DNA of 64,000 nucleotides from Prorocentrum cordatum (Eukaryota): NCBI GenBank assembly GCA_963575745.1, contig CAUYUJ010000037.1, positions 186,001 to 250,000 of the forward strand, read 5' to 3'. Shown piece by piece: positions 12,480 to 21,800 of this stretch (position 1 is its first letter; each line of letters starts with the position of its first letter). The notes under the pieces were generated by a model. It saw only the letters and a program-made list of their open reading frames with translations, ran no database searches and was not told where the DNA came from. The position numbers and the translations under genes were made by a program.

Positions 12480-13692
12480 GTGAAGGAAGGCGTTTTGGGG
12501 TAAGGTTCAGCCAACTGATCTGACAGCCCCAGTCGTCGTACATGATGCCAAATGTGGGCCAGGTCCAACGGAGCTGCTGAAGCGTCTGGACAAGTCGTCC
12601 AACAGGTCCTCCCCCGAAAAGGGTCTGGACATGGTGTTGGAGATCCCTGACAAGACCGCAGAGAGTGGCGTCGCGGTTGACCTGTCGCCGCAGGCACAGG
12701 AAGACTTCACGCTGCATAATGGAGTCAATCTCCAGGGCGTGCCCTGGGACGCACACGGCCATGAGAGTCCAAAACTCGACCCACCTGTTTCCCTTGGGGC
12801 GGATAGCCGCCTTAAGGGCATGGTTGTAGGCAGTTTTGACGGGGCCTGATGGGGCTTGAATGTCGGTGCCCGTGGTACAGACGCTGGCAGCAAGGGAACG
12901 GGCGTGCCGCGCCTTAATAAGCATCGGTGATGGGAGCTTGCCAATGCGCGGCAGGCGACTAGTCGCCCTGCGAACACGGGCGTCAGCGGTGGCCGTGAGG
13001 TTAAGCGCGGCTGGAGCCGGCGCTGCCTCGGCGTTGATGTAACTCCCGACGAGCTTGAAGGAGTCGACCACGCGTAAGGGACGTTCCGCCAGAGTGAGCT
13101 GGGTAACGGCGGTGTGAAGCTCGTCGGTGAGCGCCCACCCCGCCACTTTGCCAGGGTGAATGCGTTGACCAGAAAATCGATCAAACTTGGCGGTTTCATC
13201 AAGAGATTTCTGCAACTCAGGCGCGGTGTGGGTAGTGGAGTTGCTGTCGTCAACGAAGGTAGTGCTGAGTGATCGCGGAACGTATCGATGCTGTCTCTTG
13301 GTCCACACACACATGAGCAGCTTGATGTCGTCCAGGGACCAAGAGCTTCCCTGGAGGTGACCGTTAGTCCTGGCCAGTTCCTTAGAGTACGCACCGTTCA
13401 TGCGGATGTAGCGTTTGTGGCGACTGTAGAAGTTTCTGCGGACAGTAACGATGTCTTGGGGACACCCCGCGTGAAGCGCAAGGTTAAGGCAGATGTCCGT
13501 GATGAGGTAGTCGAAACACTTCTGTCGGTCAGGGCAGCTGAGTTGGTGCGTGCGGCTGAGGGTGTGACAAGGTGGTAGCTGGCGCTGCATGGCGTAGGCA
13601 GCGTCCGTGGGATCGGTACTCGTGGCGTAGATAGTCGGCCAGTCAACGTCGGTCATGGCTTGCGGCGTCATGTCCGGCGCACTCGTCGTCAC
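12421..13692 (-). pseudogene. Reverse transcriptase domain (N-terminal RT motifs missing, frameshifted)
   Basis: Contains DRQKCFD, NGHLQGSSWS, TFVDD, FSGQRIHPGK and FKLVG, which match non-LTR RT motifs 3-7. I see no recognisable motif 0-2 (e.g. RPI) upstream. Confidence 0.88.
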
Positions 13693-13735
13693 GTGTACCT
13701 GCCCAAGATGGGCTCCCAGGTGTCGACCATGAGCT

Positions 13736-15860
13736 TCAGCATGTCCTTGGTGTTAGCAACAATGGCGTTGGCAGGGAGGATGTCGGGGACTTGCGCAGGT
13801 GGTGGTTCACGAGTGTGGTCTTCGTCGCTGTCCGTGTCGGGCGAACTACCGTCGCTGGGGCTGAAGCCGCCAGCTTCGGTGTCAGCGTCGCTGTCGTCCG
13901 TGCAAGCTTCGTCAGGTTAAAGGCGTTGGTGTCGCAGTGGAGTTGCGTATCGTCAGGAGTGGTAGGCGTGCGGAGATACGCCGTGGGCGAGCTGTCAGCA
14001 GCCCGTGCGTATATGGCCGCCTTTCGCCCGCTTGGCTCGCGGACGCCCTCAGCCCATATCTTGATGCGTTCAGCTTTGGCACGGTTCGCACGTCGCGCCA
14101 GCTCCAAGTCGAGGTGTTGGATCAAAACGTCAAGGTGCTCTCCGTGAGGCACTGGCTCGTCGGGGGTCCAGGCCTCGGGGAAGTCTAGGAGAACCGTGGG
14201 GCGCAGCTTGTGGCATAAGAGGCGGGCCGCGGTCCACGTGCAGTCGATGCGCTGCGCGAGGTACGGCGGGATAGCACGGCAATCCAACTGATGGTGCTGT
14301 CCGATGAAACGGAGCTCACAGAGTTGCCGATGGAGCTTGCGCAGTCGGTTCATGTGTATCGTGGAAGCTCCGTAGGTGGGGAAGGCGCGGGGGACAACTG
14401 GTCGCTCCTCGAACATGGGCGTGAGCCCGTGCATGGTGGGGGGGTTCTTTTTTGGGTGGTCGGGCGGTGGAGGTGGCAGGTCGCGCAGACGGGTGAGATG
14501 GTACTCATGACTGGCCTCGTTAGCCAGGGCGAACATGCGCTCCACGTCGTCGCGTGTGTCGGCCTGTTCCATGCGGTCCTGATATCGCCCAGCGATGAGG
14601 GTCCCTAGTGCCTGCAGCTCGTGACCCTCATGAGCTCCATCGTCGGGCGGATAGGGCGTGGGGGCAAGAAGACGTCGGGCCGTATGGTCGAGGCGACTGA
14701 GGTCAAGCGTGACCTGCAGGCCAACGTGAGACTTCGCAGGCAAGTCGCGAAGGTAGCAGAAGTCGGTGACAAGGGATCGCGCCGCTTGGTTGGCAATGAT
14801 ATAATCGATGCGCGAAGTGCGGGGGCACTTGGTGACGCGGTCCCAGTCAGGGATATTGCCGTAAGTGTGCATGGTGTGGTCTGGTGTGCCCTCAGCAACG
14901 TTGAACCATCCGAGCTGCAACATGCATGCTGAGAAGGGCGGCGCATGTGTGCTGTCCCCTCCAGCAATCCCGTAGAGGCTCGCTATGTAGATCCCCGCGG
15001 GCCCGTGGTTGTTTCGTCGCCGCCTGCGGCGGTGTTGAGTGCAGAGCGGGAGAAAGACCTCGTGCCATCTTTTCTTGGCCTTGAGGGCGGCGTTACAGGG
15101 CGCATTGTCGTCGACAGTGGAGTCGACAATGGCATCCTTAGAGAGGATGGCGACCCCTCCCGAGGCGCCAGTGCTGCCCACAACGGTGTGGTCTGTGCCG
15201 CCGTGGGCAGCTCTGCGCTGGGCTCGCGCCAGATCAAGGTCAGGTCCAAGACTGGCGTGGTATCCTCCGTGGAGTGGATTGGCGGCGCTGGTAGCGATGG
15301 CTTGTCTAGTCGGCTTGGCATGTCGGGTCTCCTGCAGTGCTATGACTGCGGCGTTGTGTCGACACCAAGGGCGGTGATGGTTGGCCAATGTCTGCTGAGA
15401 GACAGTGAATCCTGACGTAGAGGCTATGTAGAGCTCCCCGCGGGCCCGTGGTTGTTTCGTCGCCGCCTGCGGCGGTGTTGAGTGCAGAGCGGGAGAAAGA
15501 CCTCGTGCCATCTTTTCTTGGCCTTGAGGGCGGCGATACAGGGCGCATTGTCGTCGACAGTGGAGTCGACAATGGCATCCTTAGAAAGGATGGCGACCCC
15601 TCCCGAGGCGCCAGTGTGCCCACAACGGTGTGGTCTGTGCCGCCGTGGGCAGCTCTGCGCTGGGCTCGCGCCAGATCCAGGTCCAAGACTGGCGTGGTAT
15701 CCTCCGTGGAGTGGATTGGCGGCGCTGGTAGCGATGGCTTGCCTAGTCGGCTTGGCATGTCGGGTCTCCTGCAGTGCTATGACTGCGGCGTTGTGGTCCA
15801 CACAAGGGCGGTGATGGTTGGCCAATTCGCTGAGAGACTGGTGATGTTAAGGCTGACGAG
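13736..15860 (-). pseudogene. AP-endonuclease (EEP fold) domain and linker of ORF2, disrupted
   Basis: Contains LVSLNITSLSANW, VIALQETRH, SGGVAILSK, YIASLYG, RIDYIIAN and KSHVGL. The GDxN motif is absent (apparent deletion near 14950) and the N-terminal ~440 bp is duplicated. Confidence 0.8.
14982..15860. repeat. ~440-bp tandem duplication within the endonuclease
   Basis: CCCCGCGGGCCCGTGGTTG at 14993 and 15436. The copies are near-identical apart from small indels. Confidence 0.95.
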
Positions 15861-18800
15861 GTGTATGGAGCGACCTGGCCCGTCTCCATCGGTGGAGCTG
15901 GGGTTTGCACGCCCCGCACGGTGAAGGTCAGCTTGACCCTCGCCCAGGTAGGAGGCTTGGCCACAGTAGGAGCCATGGCGTTCCTATGGATTAGCTTGAC
16001 CGGGGCTGAAGCCGCCGTCAGGCCAGAAATATAGGCGGGACACGGTCGGCACTGCGCCAGGGGGGGTTCATAAATGTCAGTAAAAATGTTACGAAAATTC
16101 CTCCTCACTCCAGTACCGTAGGGGACGAGGGGAGGAGAGGTGAGACGGCAGCAGAGGGAGAGGGAGGCGACTCCTCGATCCGTCCTGCCGAGCACAAAAA
16201 CAAAAGCGAACCAGCGGCGGCGGCTAGGCGCGGCGGCGGCACAACGCACGCGCATGTACTGCGCACGCGACACCGCTGGTCCCTCCTGCGGTGGCGCGCC
16301 CGCCCCGTCAGTATCTTGATGAGCAGCATCTGGTGGAACAGCTCCAGCAGCACGGTCGGAGGCCTGGCGCTGGGCCTCGTCCATGCCCGCTGCCGTGAGG
16401 CCCACGTTGCGGACAGGGCTGATTCCCCGCGGGGCCGCCGCAGCCGCAGCAGCCGAGGTGGCGGGGGCTCCGCCCCGACTCTGAGGTGAGAGCGGTGAGC
16501 CCCCGCCGAAACCCGCCACAAGGTTCTTGACACGGTACTTGTTCTTGAACGGGTCGAAGGTTGGCGCCTCGTCGATGGGGGCGATCACGCGGGTGGGCAG
16601 CGGCGGCTCGTGGTCCGTGGACGGCGTCGGCGAGAGGTCGACCTGGCCAGGATCGATGACGCTGGCTCCGAAACGTGGCACCACTTCGGGGGCTCGGCCA
16701 TCGGCCTGAGTCTCGCGAGGCGGCGAGCTCGTGGAGCTCCCTGGGGCCTTGCGTGAACTGTGGCGGCTGCAGGTCCTGCTGCGCGGGACGCGCCCGCCCG
16801 TGTGGCGGTCGCGTGGCGAGGTCGCCTGGGCATTAGCGCGCTCAGAATCCGCCCTGCTCGGGGATCGGATCGGCGCCGCGCAGGGTGATGGGCTGGGCTG
16901 GCGAGAGGCGCTTGTGCCGCCTTCCGCCGTGGCTGTGGCCTGGTCGGGGTCGACCGCGTCGGGGCGGGGGCTGACGTGGTGGGCGCTTCCCTCGCTGTGC
17001 CGCGGGGAGGCGCTGTGATGCGCCTGGATGTGCGTGAGGACGAGCGGGGTGAGCGGCTGCCTCTCCCGCTCAGGTGGGGCAGGTTTTGCCTGGGCAGGGC
17101 GCAGTGCTGCAGCTACGTTTGGCGGGGGCGTGTGCTGGCGAGGTTGCCAAGCGCGCACGTTCGCATCACGCCATCCTTCGGGGCGCCCAGCCCTGCCACG
17201 GTTTGTTGCAGCCCCCTGGGCTGAAGCCGCAGGGGTTATCACTGCGGGCTGGTTGCTGGAGGTGCCATCATGTCGGCCTGAGTAAAGGCCCCAGGCGCGC
17301 GTGGACCCTGGCACTGGCGAGGTGGCCCTTAGGGCCTGCACGGGTGCACGCGGGTAGCCGATGACCGCTGGGTGTACCCTGGCGTGGGGGGCGTGGCCGT
17401 AGCTGGAGGCGGCTGCTCCAGCAGCCGCGGGCCTGGCGCCTATGGGGCCACGGTAGTAGGCGGCAACCCCGTCGTAGGCCGTGTTACCGCCTGTCGGGAC
17501 TCGCGCGGGGGAGCGGTAGCGTGGCGTGCCGTGCTGTCCTGCGTCACGTTGGTCCCGCTGCTGGATGCGCTGCTGGTGCTGTTGGTGACGCTGCCAGTCG
17601 GCTCTCGAGAGGGGACGGGTGTCGGGGAGGATGGTGGGCACGTCGGGCCGCTGCCAGCCCCGATAGACGTGCTCGAAGGCGTGGTCAGGGTAGGTCCTCC
17701 CTACGGGTGAGTATCGCCGCACATGCTCCATGTAGTCGATGTTCTGCGGCTCTGCGATCGCCGTGATGTTGACGGCTCGCTGGTGCGCTGGTCCATAGAG
17801 GCAGAAACTACCACGGTTGCTGCGGTCGTGGTTTAGCTCGGCTTCGGTCGTGGCGCGGCTCACCATGGCGTCGCAGAGTCGCATGTCGTAGTCGAGGGCT
17901 TGAGGCCCAGGACCACCCTCGGCGTCCCAGTACAGTACCACATCTCGCCAACGGGTGCGGGTAATGTGGATGCGCTCGGCGATCAACTCGCAGACGGTCC
18001 TGACCGTGACACGATCCCTGTACATGTTGGTAATGGCTAGGGAGTAGGGTCGGCGGACCGTCTTGTTGAAGGTGAGTTCCTCCTTGAGGGCCTGGTGGGG
18101 ACTGAAGAGCACGAAGCCTTCCCTCCAAAGCGGTTGGTCGGGGGAAGGTTCTTCGGGCATCCCCGTTCCTGTGAATCCAGGTGGCCGCCTTGTGCCGTCA
18201 GGCAGTCCCTGCCTGGGGACGCGCCGCGGCTGCGGTGGGAAGTACCATTGACCCTGGTAGCCTGCTTGCCCTGGTTGTGGAGGTTCCCCCCCGGGGCCTG
18301 AAGGCGCTCGGGGGGGTTCCTTGAGGTCGTGAAGGGCTGGCGCGTTGCCGAATTGGCGGGCAAGGATGTGCGGCGGCATCCCTGTGGCACGGACGTCGAG
18401 CAGGTTGTGTGGCCTGGGGGGGTGGGGGCACCTGCTGGACAGGCAGCATGTGTCGGAGTCCCTGTTGTTGGTGCTGTATGCACACGTCCAACTGTTGCAC
18501 GAGTAGTCCGTGGACCAGTCCATGAGTGTACGCAGTCCGCTGCGGCCGCAGTCTGGGCACGTTGGTTGGCCCGAGGTGCCGAGCTGCGTGTTGCGGCGAG
18601 CCGCACAGTACTGACAGCATTGGAATCGACACTGTAGGCAAGACCAGCGTCCTGGTAGAGGCGGGAGCGCATGCTCGTTTGTGCCTGGGTCGTCTGGGTG
18701 GGGTCGCGGGCGATCCCACAAGGGCCAGACGTCAGCAAACCAGGATTGGCCTGTAGTGCGGACAACCTCGGCGGGGAGGCGTGCGTCCTCGGCATGGCAC

Positions 18801-21800
18801 CTGATCCACTGGGGCCCCATGTCCGCTGGTACCATGACGGTGCGCCAGGAGTCGTCCGCTTTGACGTGGACTTGGGTTGGTGCCCAGAGCTTAGTAGTGG
18901 TGTCGCCGTGGTCGTGGTGGAGGATGACCCAGCCGTCACGCCCGTCCACCGCAGGGTCAGTAACGCGGTGGCCCATGACTGTCGTCCCCCACGGTAAGTA
19001 GGCACCATCATGGTGATCCCCAGGGTCGAGCCAGACCTCGATGCCAGGGGCATTGACACGGGACCGCACATCACGAACGTGGTAGGCGAGGACGTGGTAG
19101 GCAGTCGGCTCCTCCTCCGTCACAATGTGCTCCCACGTCTCGATGCCGCTGTTGTCTGAGGTGGAGTTCCCGTCACTCTGTCGTGACGAGCGAGAGGCAG
19201 ATCGTCGTGGACGGGCACGGCCTCGGGCGAGGGCGGCGGCTGCGCTGATGAGGGAAGGCGTACGGCGTTCGTCGACTCCAGGTGACGTCGATGAGCGGTC
19301 TGGACTGTACGCTAAGGCTGTGCCTGACTTGTACGTGCGAGGTGGGCCCGACGCGGCCCCAGGGCTGGAGCCGCTGGGGCGCGACCCGCGTGCGTCAGGG
19401 TGCCCCCGCACGGGGACAGCTTGCAAGCCAGTGTACACCAGGTCGATGAGTGGTTTCGGGTCCAGCTGGAGTATGTGAAGCGAGACGCGTGGGCGGGGCT
19501 GGTTAGGGTCATCCCTGGTGGCTGCTTCCGTGTCGTAGTGCTGTTTGGCCCATGCTCGCGCTGCCTCTGGCGCGTATAGCGCCTGCGGCGGTGGCCATGC
19601 TGCCGCGATGGCTGGTCTGCGCCTGGTGCTAGCTTCCTGGTCGTGAGCTTCAGCCGCCTCACGGAGATCTGGATGATCGTAGCCAGCGATGTGGAGGGCG
19701 TGCGCGCAGTCGCCCATGCCATAGGCGTGTGGAAGGGCACGGCACCTGGAAGCAGCTTCTGTGGGGGCGCACCAGTCCATGCGGATGAGGAGGCTCAGGA
19801 CCCGAGGGTAAATGAGGCGCGCTCCGTGGGCCTCCCCTTTCACGTAGTTGTGCCTGTTTTCCCCCCGCGGTGGTTGGGTGGCCTCGCACATCCAGAGTGC
19901 GATGGGTCCCCACGCGAGGGTGTCGTCTTCAAGACTGTAAGGCGGGTGGGGCGGCATTGCGTACCACGCGGCCAGCGAAGGGTGCACGCTCGCGTACGTG
20001 CGGCCAACGTTGGTGCCAGTTCGGCCCTTCGCTTCACGGCGGGGGCCTGGCAAGAGGTGCCCTCCACTGGCAGCAAGACGGGCCGCAAGGTCGCCGCGGG
20101 TCCCATGCCAGAAGACAGTGGGCGCGTCGGTGATGGGTTGGCGGAGGTCCCACGTGAGGTATGGGAAGATTGTCTCGCCCGAGTTCCCGCCCGAGTCTTC
20201 CAGCACCCAAGTGAGGCGGTTCGGTGGCCTCTGCATGATGTCCGTCCACGGCCCCAGCGCTTGGAGTGTTGGATCATGAGTGAATCGAGGATGGTCGTGG
20301 AGTCGTAGAGCGTCTTTGATGTCCTCTGTAGACACGCCACTGTTCCCTAGCGCAAAGCCGTTTTGATACAGGGCGTTAAGTATGCTCTTCGGCGGCTCGG
20401 GGACCGCTGGGTCGCGCTGGATGGTGTTGCGTAAGTTGCGTGTCGGTGGCTTGAGGGCAGTGTAAGGCATACCAGGGCCTGAAGGCGCCTGGGGCCTGTC
20501 GGGGGATGCATAGCGTGCCCGCCGTCGTGGTGGTTGGGTGTCCGCGTCGGGGGATGGACCACGAGCGTCAGCGTGTCGGAAGATAGACCACGGGCTATCA
20601 TGGGTGCGCTCACGCGTTTCCCTTGCCTCGGTGTCGCTGCCGTGTGCTGTGGCGTCCTCGTTAGTAGGTAGGTTACCGACTGTTGCGCCGCTCTTGGAGC
20701 CGTCTCGTGGAGTCGGGCTGGTCGATCTTGGTGTGACAGACGAGGCTCGCGATACGGCGGCTGTGACTTCGACGATGGCGGCGGTGGTGGCGGTGGTGAC
20801 GTCGGCGACCGCGGCGGCAACTGCTGCGGCGTAGTGTTCCTGTAGCAGCGGATGTCGGAGTGCGTGCACATGCTGGTCGTCGTGTTCGTCGGCGAGCGTG
20901 CACGGCATTTTGTATGTGACCTCGTCCCTCGGCCTCCTGCTCGGTTGGCAACAGCGGAGGCACCACTGGGCAGTGGATGAGTCCAGGGCCCGCGCACAGA
21001 TGCGGGCTCCAACGTGTCCGACAGCTCCCTGGGCAAGAAGTTTGGCACCAACGAGTAGAAGACCACGCACGACTCCACCCGTGGCAATAGCCCCTAGCTT
21101 GCCGCTGGCCCATTTAAGGGCACCCCCGAGGCCGCCCACGATTGCAGTGGCTCCGCCCGAGACGCTATCTCTGAGTTTGACGCTGGTCCATTTGAGAGTG
21201 GCCCTCAATGTGGACGTGACATTGTATGTCGTTTTGCGTCGGGGTGTGATGGACACCGATGGGCCTGGTGCCGTCGCTTGGCGTCGTCGTCGTTGTCGGT
21301 AGCTGGGGTCTCGGCTCGGTGTCGGCAAGTGCCCATCGATCTGGTCCTTGTACGGCATTGCTATCGCGATGACGTACGTGGCCACCAAGAGGCAGATGAG
21401 GCAGCCACAGTGTCGTGATGCCGCTGCGCTGTGCTGGGGCTCGTGGGGACCGCTGGCATCTGGGTACTCATCATCGATGGGATCGCTGTCGATGTCGGCC
21501 TGCCCGTGGTCAGTGGCACTGGAGTTGGAGTCGGTCACGCTGTCACGGTGCACGGAGGTGAAGGGCGTGGTGCTGCCAACTGCGGTCTGGGGATGTCCAG
21601 GTCTAGCCAGTGGTGCAGCGGGGCTGAAGCCGCCACTGCCCAAGCTGGCATGAGCTGGCGATGCAGTGGAATGGCTTGGCACGTCAGCGGCAGTGACGCC
21701 TTCAGCGTCGTTGAGCCGAGCGCTGGGGTCGGCCTGAGCTGAGGTGTGGGGCGGACTGCTTTGCAACGAGGTGTGCCCAAAGTAGGGTTCACTGTCGCGG

